A DNA stretch of 64,000 nt from Pseudomonadota bacterium. GTDB lineage: Bacteria; Pseudomonadota; Gammaproteobacteria; Pseudomonadales; JADFDG01. The first letter of the stretch is position 1; each line of letters opens with the position of its first letter. Below the pieces are notes generated by a model. The model was not told the DNA's origin and did no database searches. It worked only from the letters and a program-made list of their open reading frames with translations. The position numbers were made by a program, and so were the translations under genes. This document shows positions 28,332-40,405 of this stretch, piece by piece. The stretch covers positions 181,033 through 245,032 of the forward strand of contig JBMOON010000047.1 of the NCBI GenBank assembly GCA_049323295.1, written 5' to 3'.

Positions 28332-28898
28332 ATGACCGGTTCCCGTTCCCGCTTTCCGCCATCGGCGCTCGCCTGGAGCCTGCTGCCGGCCGGCATGATC
28401 GCCCTGCATGCGCCGGCCGCCGAATACCTGACGGTTGCGCAGGCGCAGCGTCTGATGTTCCCGCTGGCCACGTCGTTCGCCGCGCAGCCGGAAACGGTCA
28501 CCGCCGAATGGCTGCGCCGCGCAAAGGCTCGCGGCGACGAAAACTACGGCCGCCGGCCGCCGCAAATCCGGGAAGCCCGGCAGGGAGACGTACGGATCGG
28601 CTGGTTCGTCATCGACCAGGTGATCGGCAAGTTCGAGAAGATCGATTACGCAGTGGCACTGACACCGGACGGCACCGTGCTGCAGGTGGAAGTCCTGGTC
28701 TACCGCGAGAACCACGGCGATGAAGTGCGTGCCCGCGAGTGGCTGCAGCAATTTGAAGGAAAAAACGCCAACGCGCCGATCCGCCTCGGACAGGACATCG
28801 TCAACATCGCCGACTCGACGCTGTCGTCGGCGCACCTCACCGACGGAGTGCGCCGCATCGCCCGGCTGCTGGCGCCGGATCCGGCGACGCCGCGCTGA
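28332..28898 (+). CDS. FMN_bind-domain-like exported protein (degenerate flavinylation motif)
   Basis: N-terminal hydrophobic signal-like segment and YLTVAQAQRLMFP. C-terminal QDIVNIADSTLSSAHLTDGVRRIARLL resembles the FMN_bind motif D-x-[IV]-[ST]-G-A-T-x-[ST]-S but reads A-D-S-T. Confidence 0.55.
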   Translation: MTGSRSRFPPSALAWSLLPAGMIALHAPAAEYLTVAQAQRLMFPLATSFAAQPETVTAEWLRRAKARGDENYGRRPPQIREARQGDVRIGWFVIDQVIGKFEKIDYAVALTPDGTVLQVEVLVYRENHGDEVRAREWLQQFEGKNANAPIRLGQDIVNIADSTLSSAHLTDGVRRIARLLAPDPATPR

Positions 28899-28919
28899 CG
28901 CGGCGCATGGCAGTCCGCC

Positions 28920-29855
28920 TTACGCGCGGCCCGCGTTCGCCGCGATCAGCCCGACCCAGCGCGGCGCCAGGCCGACCGGGAAATCGTGGCCCATGCCCTT
29001 GATCAGTTCGAGTTTCGCGCCGCGGATCAATTGCGCGGTGCGCTGGCCGCCCGCCGGACGCACCAGCGGGTCGTCGAGCCCGTGTATCACCTGGGTCGGC
29101 GCCTTCACGTTCGCCAGCACCGGCTCGAACGAACCGGTGGCGAGAATGCCGTGGGTCTGCCGCAACATGCCGGCCGGCCGGTAAGCGCGGTCGAACGCCA
29201 GCGCGGCAATCCGCTCGCGTTCGGCCAGCGGTGTGGGGTACGCCGGGCTGCCGATCGCGGAAAACAGTTTCACCACCCGGGCAATCACCGATGCGCGGTC
29301 GTGCTTCACGCCGAACGGCGGCGCCATCTGCAGCAACACCGAGAATTTCGGCATCGGCAGTTTCGGGCTGTTGGTGCTGGACATGATCGAGGTCAGCGAA
29401 AGCACGCGCTCCGGATGCGTGCCGGCAACGATCTGCGAAATCATTCCGCCCATCGAGGCGCCGACGAAGTGCGCCTTCGGAATGCCCAGCGCATCGAGCA
29501 GGCCGACGGTGTCCTTCGCCATGTCGTACAGCGTGTAGTTGGCATCGAGCTTTGCGCCGAGCTTCGAGCGGATCATGTCGCGCTGCAGCCGGATGCGGAT
29601 CCGGCTGCAGCCGCTGCCGGACAGGCCGATGTCGCGGTTGTCGAAGCGGATGACGCGGAAGCCCTGGTCGACCAGTTGCGCGCAGAATGCATCCGGCCAG
29701 TGGATGAGCTGCGCCGACAAACCCATTACCAGCAGCAGCGGCTCGCCGTTCGCCGGCCCGGCGATCTCGTAATGCAGCTTGATGCCGTTGGCGGTGACTT
29801 CACCGCGCTGCCAGTCGGGCGTGACCGTGGCCGGTGCGGCGTGGGCGATGTTCAT
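28920..29855 (-). CDS. Alpha/beta-fold hydrolase
   Basis: Oxyanion region LLLVMGL. Nucleophile elbow HFVGASMGG and a C-terminal His (GMGHDFP). The start ATG overlaps the upstream gene's stop (ATGA at 29852-29855). Confidence 0.85.
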   Translation of the reverse strand: MNIAHAAPATVTPDWQRGEVTANGIKLHYEIAGPANGEPLLLVMGLSAQLIHWPDAFCAQLVDQGFRVIRFDNRDIGLSGSGCSRIRIRLQRDMIRSKLGAKLDANYTLYDMAKDTVGLLDALGIPKAHFVGASMGGMISQIVAGTHPERVLSLTSIMSSTNSPKLPMPKFSVLLQMAPPFGVKHDRASVIARVVKLFSAIGSPAYPTPLAERERIAALAFDRAYRPAGMLRQTHGILATGSFEPVLANVKAPTQVIHGLDDPLVRPAGGQRTAQLIRGAKLELIKGMGHDFPVGLAPRWVGLIAANAGRA

Positions 29856-30166
29856 CGGGCATTCTCCAGTCTGACGACGCCATGGGCGACGGTCTCGTAC
29901 GGATGCGCGTCATGCAGGGCTGCCAGCACGGCCGGCAGGTGCGGTGCGTCAACCACCATTTCCACGCGGTATTCGTCCACCTGCTCCACGGCGCCGACCG
30001 TGCCGATATGCGGGTCGGCGCCGGCGAGCGGCCGGAACTGTCCCTGCCCTTTTACCTGCCAGCAGCAGTGCTCGTACAGGCCGAGGCGACCGGCGCCGGC
30101 GGCGAAGAGCGCCGCCTTCACGGTCTCGAGATGCGTTTCCGGCACGTAGAAGAAGAGCTGGTACAT
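29852..30166 (-). CDS. Stand-alone YqfO/Nif3-insert-like (PII-fold) small protein
   Basis: MYQLFFYVPETHLETVKAALFAAGAGRLGLYEHCCWQVKGQGQFRPL...AHPYE matches my memory of about 100-aa YqfO-family proteins. Start checked as CAT 30164-30166. Confidence 0.6.
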   Translation of the reverse strand: MYQLFFYVPETHLETVKAALFAAGAGRLGLYEHCCWQVKGQGQFRPLAGADPHIGTVGAVEQVDEYRVEMVVDAPHLPAVLAALHDAHPYETVAHGVVRLENAR

Positions 30167-30186
30167 GGCTTCCCGGCGCCGCCCGC

Positions 30187-30876
30187 TCAGGCGCCCCGCT
30201 CCACTTCCCGCATGGCGATCCAGATGCCGTCGGCATGCACTGTCTGCTGGCCGTCGACGAAGAAACGGCCCTCGCAGAACAGCTTGCGGCCGTCGGTGCG
30301 CAGCACCCGGGCTTCCATGTCGATGTCGGTCTTCAGCGGCGTGGCGCGGATGTAGCGGATGTTCAGGGTACCGGTGACGCCCATGGTGCGCGTCAGGTCC
30401 TGGGTCTTGGCCATCAGCACGTCGAGCATCGCCGCGATCACGCCGCCGTGCACGCGGCCCGGCGGCCCCTGGAACGGCAAACCCAGATTGGCCTTGCCGC
30501 GCACCACGTCGCCGTCGAGCCACAGCTGCATCGGCGGCGAGATCGGCGTCGACAGGCCGGTGAAGATTTCATAGTCGAGGATGTCGAGCACGTCCTGGCG
30601 GGTGGCATTGCGGGCAAACAGGCGCGCATAGATGTCCGACTGCGAACGGCGGCCATAGACCGACGTTTTCGTCGCCACCGCTTCCAGTTCGGCGGCAATC
30701 GCCTCCAGTTCGGCCGATGGCGCGTCGCAGCGCACCATGCGGTCGGCAATGCGCTTGAGCGCGTCGCCGATGCGGCGGCGGACCCGGTATTCGTCCGTCG
30801 GCTCCGGCGGCTCGCCGATGCGGAAATCGCCGAGGCCGTACGTGTCGCGGTTGGCTGTCATGTCGATCACCTTCAT
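30187..30876 (-). CDS. PaaI/hotdog-fold thioesterase family protein
   Basis: [20 protein letters not shown]...[12 protein letters not shown] is the hotdog thioesterase core. The ATG at 30874-30876 overlaps the purL TGA. An alternative ATG lies at 30861. Confidence 0.7.
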   Translation of the reverse strand: MKVIDMTANRDTYGLGDFRIGEPPEPTDEYRVRRRIGDALKRIADRMVRCDAPSAELEAIAAELEAVATKTSVYGRRSQSDIYARLFARNATRQDVLDILDYEIFTGLSTPISPPMQLWLDGDVVRGKANLGLPFQGPPGRVHGGVIAAMLDVLMAKTQDLTRTMGVTGTLNIRYIRATPLKTDIDMEARVLRTDGRKLFCEGRFFVDGQQTVHADGIWIAMREVERGA

Positions 30877-33800
30877 CCGGTCCAGCGCCGGGCATTGCGG
30901 AACATCCGCAACCAGGGCGCGTCCTCGTGATTACGCCAGGCATCGGGAATCCAGCTCTGCTGGACCGTACGGAACACCCGCTCGGGGTGCGGCATCATGA
31001 TGGTCACCCGGCCGTCGCGGGTGGTGAACCCGGTGAGGCCGCCCTGCGAACCGTTGGGATTGAACGGATAGCGCTCGGTGGCTTCGCCGAAGTTGTCGAC
31101 GTAGCGCAGGGCCACGAGTTTCTCCCGGGCATTCTGCGCCAGCATGGCGTCGTCCGCCTCGACGCGGCCCTCGCCGTGCGCGACGGCGATCGGAATGCGC
31201 GTACCGGCCATCCCGGCCAGCAGCACGGACGGCGATTCGGCGATCTCCACCAGCGCCGTCCGCGCCTCGAACTGCTCGCTCGTATTGCGCACGAAGCGCG
31301 GCCAGAGATCGGCGCCGGGGATCAGCTCCTTGAGCTGGGACATCATCTGGCAACCGTTGCAGACACCCAGCCCGAACGTGTCCTGACGGGCAAAGAAGGC
31401 CGCGAACTGGTCGCGGGCGCGCGCATTGAACAGGACCGACTTGGCCCAGCCGCCGCCGGCGCCGAGGACGTCGCCGTAGGAAAAACCGCCGCAGGCCGCC
31501 AGGCCGCGGAAAGACGCGAGATCGACCGCGCCGGAAATGATGTCGCTCATGTGCACGTCGACGGCCGCAAAGCCGGCGCGGTCGAACGCCGCCGCCATTT
31601 CGATGTGGCCGTTGACGCCCTGCTCGCGCAGGATCGCCACCTGCGGGCGCGCCAGCTTCAGGTACGGTGCCGCGATGTCTTCGCGATGGTCGAAGCCGAC
31701 CTGCACGTTGAGGCCGGGATCCTGGTTGTCGCCGATCGCCGCGAATTCCTGCTGCGCGCACTCCGGATTATCGCGCAACGCCTGGATGCGGTGACTGGTC
31801 TCGCTCCAGATCGACTGCAGGCGGGCGCGGGTGTCGGAAAAGATTTCGGCGTCGCCGTCGCGCAGCAGGATGCGTTGTTCCGGAGTCGCCCGGCCGATGA
31901 AGTGCAGCTGCCCTTCCAGCCCCCACTGCGCCAGCACCGCGCGCACGCGATCGATATCCGGCGTGCGCACCTGCAACACCATGCCCAGCTCTTCGGCGAA
32001 CAGCACGCCTTCGACGCCGCCGAGCGCGCCGCGCAGGGCCGCCAGGTCGATGTCGAGACCGCAACGGCCGGCAAACGCCATTTCCAGCAGGGTGGTCACC
32101 AGGCCGCCGTCGCTGCGGTCGTGGGCCGCGAGCGCCAGTTCCTGCTCCAGGACCTGCTGCATCGCCGCGAAGAAACGCTTGAGCAGATCGGGATCGATGT
32201 CCGGGCCGACGTGGCCGAGCTGGTTGCAGACCTGGGCCAGCGCCGAGCCGCCGAGACGGTTGCGGCCGCCACCCAGATCGATCAGCAACAGCTCGTGATC
32301 GACATCGGGGCGCAACTGCGGCGTCAGCGTCTTGCGGACATCGAGCACCGGAGCGAAGGCGGAAACGATCAGCGACAGCGGCGCCGTCACCGCTTTCTGC
32401 ACGTCGTTGTCGGTCCACACGGTGCGCATGGACATCGAATCCTTGCCCACCGGGATGGTAATCCCCAGGCGCGGACAGAATTCCATGCCGACCGCATGCA
32501 CCGTGTCGTAGAGCGCCTGGTTCTCGCCCGGGTGGTTGGCCGCGCTCATCCAGTTGGCGGACAGCTTGATGCGGTCGATGCCGTCGATGCGGGCGCAGGC
32601 GATGTTCGTCACCGCCTCGCCGATCGCCATGCGGCCGGACGCGGCCGGATCGATCAGCGCCAGCGGCGTGCGCTCGCCCATGCTCATCGCCTCGCCGGCA
32701 ACGGTGTCGAAGGCCGCGGCGGTGACGGCGCAGTCGGCAACCGGCACCTGCCAGGGACCGACCATCTGCTCGCGGGCGACCAGTCCGGTCACCGAACGGT
32801 CGCCGATGGTGATGAGGAAGGCTTTCGATGCCACCGTCGGCAGCCGGAGCACCCGCTCGATCGACTCCGCCAGCGGCAGCCGCGGCAGCGCCAGCTTCGA
32901 CAGCTGCAGCGGACGACGCTGGAACTGGCGGTGCATTTTCGGCGGCTTGCCGAGCAACACCTGCATCGGCATGTCGACCGGGTTGTTGCCGAACAGCGCA
33001 TCGCTGACCACCAGCCGGCGCGCGTCGGTCGCTTCGCCGAGCACCGCGTACAGCGCGCGTTCGCGACGGCAGAACGCCTCGAACACCGGCAACCGGTCGG
33101 GATCGACGGCCAGCACGTAGCGCTCCTGCGCCTCGTTGCACCAGATCTCGACCGGGCTCATGCCGGGCTCGTCGTTCGGGATCTTCCGCAGCTCGAACTG
33201 CGCGCCGCGCTGCCATTCGTGGACCAGTTCCGGCAGCGCGTTGGACAGGCCGCCGGCGCCGACATCGTGGATGGACACGATCGGGTTGTCCTCGCCCAGC
33301 GCCCAGCAGGCATCGATCACTTCCTGGCAGCGGCGTTCCATTTCCGGGTTGTCGCGCTGGACGGAGGCGAAATCGAGGTTCTCGCTCGAGGTACCGCTGG
33401 CCATCGACGACGCGGCACCGCCGCCCAGACCGATCAGCAGCGCCGGCCCGCCGAGCACGATGATCTTCGCGCCGGCACGGATCTCGTTCTTTTCGACATG
33501 CATCTCGCGGATGTTGCCGAGGCCGCCGGCGATCATGACCGGCTTGTGGTAACCGCGCACCTCGCGACCGTTCGCGGTATCTACTTCCTGTTCGTAGGTG
33601 CGGAAATAGCCGCAGAGGTTCGGCCGGCCGAACTCGTTGTTGAAGGCGGCGCCGCCGAGCGGGCCCTCGATCATGATGTCGAGGGCGGAAACGATGCGCT
33701 CCGGCTTGCCGTACGCCACTTCCCACGGCTGTTCGAAGCCGGGAATGCGCAGGTTGGACACCGAGAAACCGGTGAGCCCGGCCTTGGGCTTCGCGCCGCG

Positions 33801-34766
33801 GCCGGTGGCGCCTTCGTCGCGGATCTCGCCGCCGGAGCCGGTGGAGGCGCCGGGGAACGGCGCGATCGCGGTCGGATGATTGTGCGTCTCGACCTTGCAG
33901 AGGATATGGATCGGTTCGCGATGGTAGGCGTAGCGGCGCGTGTGCGGATCCGGGAAGAATCGGCCACCCACTGCGCCGGACAACACCGCGGCATTGTCCT
34001 TGTAGGCGGACAGCACGCCGCCCGGATGCTTCTCGTGGGTGTTGCGGATCATGCGGAACAGCGAACGCTCGGCACGGGCGCCGTCAATGGTCCAGTCGGC
34101 GTTGAAGATCTTGTGCCGGCAGTGTTCCGAGTTGGCCTGCGCGAACATCATCAGTTCGGCATCGCTCGGATTGCGGCCGAGCTCGGCGAAGGCCTTCGCC
34201 AGATAATCGATCTCGTCTTCGGCCAGTGCGAGCCCGAGTTCGCGGTTGGCCTGCTCCAGGGCCGCGCGGCCGCCGCCGACCACATCCACCGTCGCCAGCG
34301 GACGCGGCGCATGTGCTTCGAACAGCACCGCGGCGTCCTCCAGCCGGCCGAAAACCTGCTGCGTCATGCGGTCGTGCAACCGGCGGTCGATCTGCGCCTG
34401 CTCGTCCCTGGTCGGGGCACGCGACAGCGACAGATAGAAAGCTGTCCCGCGCTCGATCCGGCGCACGCCTTCCAGACCGCAGTGCCGGAGGATGTCGGTG
34501 GCCTTGCTCGACCAGGGCGAAATGGTCCCGGGACGGGGTACCGCCAGGCGCAGGGTGCTGCCGGCCGGCTCGCCATCCGCCGCGGCCGCCGGCCCGTAGG
34601 ACAGCAGACGGTCCAGTACGGCACGCTGCCCGTCCGTCAGCGGTTCGCTGTCCAGCAGGTGCACATGGAAGGCCGCGATGCCGGTGACCGGTGTCCCCCC
34701 GAGCGAGTCCAGCAGTTTGCGCAGACGGAAGGCAGACAGTGCCGGGGCACCACGCAGGATCAGCAT
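30873..34766 (-). CDS. purL: Phosphoribosylformylglycinamidine synthase, single-chain large PurL
   Basis: 1297 aa. Begins [15 protein letters not shown], carries ..[24 protein letters not shown].., and has a C-terminal GATase ..GVCNGCQMM... Start checked as CAT 34764-34766. Confidence 0.95.
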   Translation of the reverse strand: MLILRGAPALSAFRLRKLLDSLGGTPVTGIAAFHVHLLDSEPLTDGQRAVLDRLLSYGPAAAADGEPAGSTLRLAVPRPGTISPWSSKATDILRHCGLEGVRRIERGTAFYLSLSRAPTRDEQAQIDRRLHDRMTQQVFGRLEDAAVLFEAHAPRPLATVDVVGGGRAALEQANRELGLALAEDEIDYLAKAFAELGRNPSDAELMMFAQANSEHCRHKIFNADWTIDGARAERSLFRMIRNTHEKHPGGVLSAYKDNAAVLSGAVGGRFFPDPHTRRYAYHREPIHILCKVETHNHPTAIAPFPGASTGSGGEIRDEGATGRGAKPKAGLTGFSVSNLRIPGFEQPWEVAYGKPERIVSALDIMIEGPLGGAAFNNEFGRPNLCGYFRTYEQEVDTANGREVRGYHKPVMIAGGLGNIREMHVEKNEIRAGAKIIVLGGPALLIGLGGGAASSMASGTSSENLDFASVQRDNPEMERRCQEVIDACWALGEDNPIVSIHDVGAGGLSNALPELVHEWQRGAQFELRKIPNDEPGMSPVEIWCNEAQERYVLAVDPDRLPVFEAFCRRERALYAVLGEATDARRLVVSDALFGNNPVDMPMQVLLGKPPKMHRQFQRRPLQLSKLALPRLPLAESIERVLRLPTVASKAFLITIGDRSVTGLVAREQMVGPWQVPVADCAVTAAAFDTVAGEAMSMGERTPLALIDPAASGRMAIGEAVTNIACARIDGIDRIKLSANWMSAANHPGENQALYDTVHAVGMEFCPRLGITIPVGKDSMSMRTVWTDNDVQKAVTAPLSLIVSAFAPVLDVRKTLTPQLRPDVDHELLLIDLGGGRNRLGGSALAQVCNQLGHVGPDIDPDLLKRFFAAMQQVLEQELALAAHDRSDGGLVTTLLEMAFAGRCGLDIDLAALRGALGGVEGVLFAEELGMVLQVRTPDIDRVRAVLAQWGLEGQLHFIGRATPEQRILLRDGDAEIFSDTRARLQSIWSETSHRIQALRDNPECAQQEFAAIGDNQDPGLNVQVGFDHREDIAAPYLKLARPQVAILREQGVNGHIEMAAAFDRAGFAAVDVHMSDIISGAVDLASFRGLAACGGFSYGDVLGAGGGWAKSVLFNARARDQFAAFFARQDTFGLGVCNGCQMMSQLKELIPGADLWPRFVRNTSEQFEARTALVEIAESPSVLLAGMAGTRIPIAVAHGEGRVEADDAMLAQNAREKLVALRYVDNFGEATERYPFNPNGSQGGLTGFTTRDGRVTIMMPHPERVFRTVQQSWIPDAWRNHEDAPWLRMFRNARRWTG

Positions 34767-34807
34767 CGGAACGGATCTCGGCCGGAGGGGGTGGGCAGCG
34801 GGCGCCA

Positions 34808-34835
34808 ATGATAGCGGCGGGGCCGGGACTGTCGA
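34808..34835 (-). promoter_or_regulatory. Candidate sigma70 promoter for purL
   Basis: Minus strand reads TCGACA (complement of 34830-34835) - 16 nt - TATCAT (complement of 34808-34813), about 40 nt upstream of the ATG. The -10 lies inside one copy of an 11-bp direct repeat. Confidence 0.35.
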
Positions 34836-35251
34836 CTGGAGATGTCTGACCGGGTGCAGATAGCGGCGGCTGCCGTGTCCGCAATGCCGCCGGGAGGCTC
34901 GACCGGGCCTTGAGCGGGGTCTTCCTGGACCCGGAAATCGCCCCGCCCGAAAGGGCCAACCCATGGAATTTGCTAAGGAATTGGTACCAGAAAACCCGAC
35001 CGTTCAGCGCCCTGTCGCCGAATCACAGGGCCATGCCCCCCGCTGTCGGACAATGCCTATAGGCACCCCTGACCTGCGTGATAAGGTCCGCCCCATCGAT
35101 GTGAACCACTTCCCATATCGAGATGACCGGGGGTTCGGGAGGACCACCGGAAGCCGCCAGGAAAGACGGCACACCCCGCAAGGGCAACCCACGGAAAGCG
35201 TTCAGGCAACCCGAACACCTCCTCTATCAGCCAGAAAGAGACTGACACGAG

Positions 35252-36682
35252 ATGAAATGGGCCAACCGAATCCGATCTCTGGTCGTGGCAAGCGCCGTCG
35301 GCGCCTCTGCCGTCGTGCTCCTCGCGGCGAACGACTCCCCCACCGGCCTTGATGGCGTCCGCGCCCGCGGCGAGCTGGTCGTCGCCCTCCGCGAAGGCCC
35401 GGCATCCTATTACACCAACTCCTTCGGCGCCGCCGGCTTCGAGTACGCACTGGCCCAGGCCTATGCCCGCGAACTCGGGGTCGACCTGCGGGTGATCGAC
35501 GTCACCAGCCCGGAAGAAGCCCTGGAAGCCGTCGCCGACGGTGACGCCGACTTCGCCGGCGGCCTGGCCCTGGCCGGCAACGATCCGCAGTTCAGCCAGT
35601 CGGTCCCGGTCCAGCAGGTCACCCAGCTGGTGGTCTGCGAGGCGATCCGCGGCCAGGCCATGCCGGCAAAGGTCGCCGATCTGACCAACCGCCTGCTGGT
35701 GATCGCCGGCGGCAGCCACCACGCCGCCCGGCTTGCCCAGCTCGACACCCTGGTGCCGGAACTGGCCTGGCAGGAAATCGACGAGGCCAGCGACGAAAAC
35801 CTGCTCGGACTGGTACATCAGGACCAGGCCGAATGCACGGTGATCGACGCCAACGCCTGGGCCTTCCACCGTCACCTCTACCCGGACCTCCGGGTGGCCA
35901 TGGAACTTCCGGAAGCGACGTTCTTCGGCTGGATCTTCCCGCACAGCGTCGACGACTCTCTCCGCGAGTCCGCCAATGCCTGGCTGGCCCGCAAGCACGC
36001 CGACGGCACCGTTGCATCCCTGCGCGATCGCCATTTCGCGCACCTGAAGTCACTGACCCAGGTCGACGGCAAGCATTTCTACCAGGCGATCCGCAAACGC
36101 CTGCCGCGCTATGTCGAGGCCTTCCGTGCCGAAGCCGAGCGCAACGACCTCGACTGGCGCCTGCTGGCCGCCGTGGCCTATCAGGAGTCGATGTGGGATC
36201 CGGCGGCACAGTCGCCGACCGGCGTGCAGGGCCTGATGCAGCTCACGCTGGACACGGCCGCCCACCTGGGCATCGCGGACCGTACCGATCCGCTGTCCAG
36301 CATCCGCGGCGGCGCCCGCTACCTGCGACAGATCCTCGACACCCTGCCGGCCGATATCCCGGAAGAGGACCGCACCTGGATGGCACTGGCCGCCTACAAC
36401 GCCGGCATCGCCCACGTGCTGGATGCCCGCGAACTGACCCGCAAGCGCGGCGGCAACCCGAATGCCTGGCACGACGTACGGGCCAATCTGGCGCTGCTGA
36501 AGCAGGAAAAGTGGTATTCGCAGACCCGCTACGGCTACGCCCGGGGCGCGACGCAGGCCATCGTCTATGTCCGCCACGTGCGCCGCTACTACGACCTGCT
36601 GGTCCTGGCCAGCAACAGCAGCTCGCACGACGAGATCATGCTCGCCATGGGCGATACGCCGACAACGCTGGCCGCCAACTGA
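35252..36682 (+). CDS. mltF: Membrane-bound lytic murein transglycosylase F
   Basis: N-terminal PBP-like (SBP_bac_3) domain plus C-terminal SLT domain AVAYQESMWDPAAQSPTGVQGLMQLT. Divergent from purL, as in E. coli. Confidence 0.88.
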   Translation: MKWANRIRSLVVASAVGASAVVLLAANDSPTGLDGVRARGELVVALREGPASYYTNSFGAAGFEYALAQAYARELGVDLRVIDVTSPEEALEAVADGDADFAGGLALAGNDPQFSQSVPVQQVTQLVVCEAIRGQAMPAKVADLTNRLLVIAGGSHHAARLAQLDTLVPELAWQEIDEASDENLLGLVHQDQAECTVIDANAWAFHRHLYPDLRVAMELPEATFFGWIFPHSVDDSLRESANAWLARKHADGTVASLRDRHFAHLKSLTQVDGKHFYQAIRKRLPRYVEAFRAEAERNDLDWRLLAAVAYQESMWDPAAQSPTGVQGLMQLTLDTAAHLGIADRTDPLSSIRGGARYLRQILDTLPADIPEEDRTWMALAAYNAGIAHVLDARELTRKRGGNPNAWHDVRANLALLKQEKWYSQTRYGYARGATQAIVYVRHVRRYYDLLVLASNSSSHDEIMLAMGDTPTTLAAN

Positions 36683-36720
36683 CGGCCCGGCCGCGACACC
36701 GGGCCGGGCCCCTTCCGCCG

Positions 36721-36729
36721 TGCTATAAA
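36721..36729 (+). promoter_or_regulatory. Candidate extended -10 promoter element upstream of the CHASE2 kinase gene
   Basis: TGcTATAAA (TGn plus TATAAA) lies 78 nt upstream of the ATG. No convincing -35. Confidence 0.3.
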
Positions 36730-36806
36730 ATCGCCGGCAGCCGTCCCGGCTGTTTCGGCGTCATTCCGGCGCCCCATGGATCGTTCATGAAGAGCGCCCC
36801 CCGGTC

Positions 36807-39419
<2,613 letters not shown>

Positions 39420-39431
39420 ACGACGGCCACC

Positions 39432-39462
39432 ACGAAAAAGCGCCCCGCGGGCGCTTTTTCGT
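39432..39462. terminator. Bidirectional rho-independent terminator shared by convergent genes
   Basis: ACGAAAAAGCGCCC-cgc-GGGCGCTTTTTCGT is a 14-bp inverted repeat between stops at 39419 (+) and 39463 (-). Confidence 0.8.
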
Positions 39463-39978
<516 letters not shown>

Positions 39979-40368
39979 CTAGCTCTTCTGGACCGCGTAC
40001 TTGCCGCCGCCCAGCAGGATCAGCGCCACTGCCGTCATCAGGAAAAAGCCCTGCAGTTCAAGACGCCAGCCGCCATGGTCGGTCAGCACGAAGATATCGC
40101 CCATGTGCACCAGCACGATCGCCGCCAGCATGTTGAAGGCGACGATGGCCGCCGCAATGCGCACCTGAACGCCGGCAATCAGCAGCAGCGGCGCAACGAT
40201 CTCGCCGACATACACGCCCCAGGCAACAAAGGCCGGCAGGCCCTTGGCCACCACCAGCCCCTCGATGAAGCCGATGCCATGCGTCAGTTTCGCGATCCCG
40301 TGGAACAGCATCAGTACGCCGAGCGTCAGGCGCAGGAGCAGTTTGGCGATGTCGGGCTGGTTCAGCAT
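39979..40368 (-). CDS. DoxX family membrane protein
   Basis: Four TM helices; LLRLTLGVLMLFHGIAKL is typical of DoxX. Confidence 0.8.
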   Translation of the reverse strand: MLNQPDIAKLLLRLTLGVLMLFHGIAKLTHGIGFIEGLVVAKGLPAFVAWGVYVGEIVAPLLLIAGVQVRIAAAIVAFNMLAAIVLVHMGDIFVLTDHGGWRLELQGFFLMTAVALILLGGGKYAVQKS

Positions 40369-40405
40369 GGCGAACTCCTTGCAGGGGATTGTCGGCAGCG
40401 GAAAT

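Noticed and set aside
30927-34811. A 1294-aa ORF with no stop codons on the strand opposite purL. Similar giants lie opposite mgtE (1124-2797), hom/dsbC/xerD (12747-15281), the CHASE2 kinase (36723-38927) and sufBCD (59341-61956).
   Set aside because: Long antisense ORFs are an expected artefact of high GC content, because stop codons are AT-rich. Their translations are Arg/Ala/Gly/His-rich low-complexity strings with no recognisable motifs. The opposite-strand genes have unambiguous full-length homology to known families.
34767-34965. Possible ZTP (pfl) riboswitch or E. coli-type PurR box in the purL leader
   Set aside because: I compared the minus-strand leader with the conserved ZTP core elements and with the PurR palindrome ACGCAAACGTTTGCGT, both from memory. 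Neither is present. Only a formal Rfam scan could fully exclude a divergent element.
35131-35216. Cluster of apparent GNRA-type tetraloops (GGAA, GAAA, GCAA, GAAA) bracketed by a GTTCGGG/CCCGAAC pairing upstream of mltF, suggestive of a structured ncRNA
   Set aside because: When I tried to pair the flanks, the individual stems are only 3-4 bp and the outer helix 7 bp. That is too weak to distinguish from chance without covariation data.
34963-35352. A 129-aa ORF ([15 protein letters not shown]...) filling the purL-mltF intergenic region and overlapping the mltF start
   Set aside because: It has no Shine-Dalgarno and an Arg/Pro/Gly-rich low-complexity composition. It runs out of frame into the well-supported mltF gene. 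It is probably non-coding.
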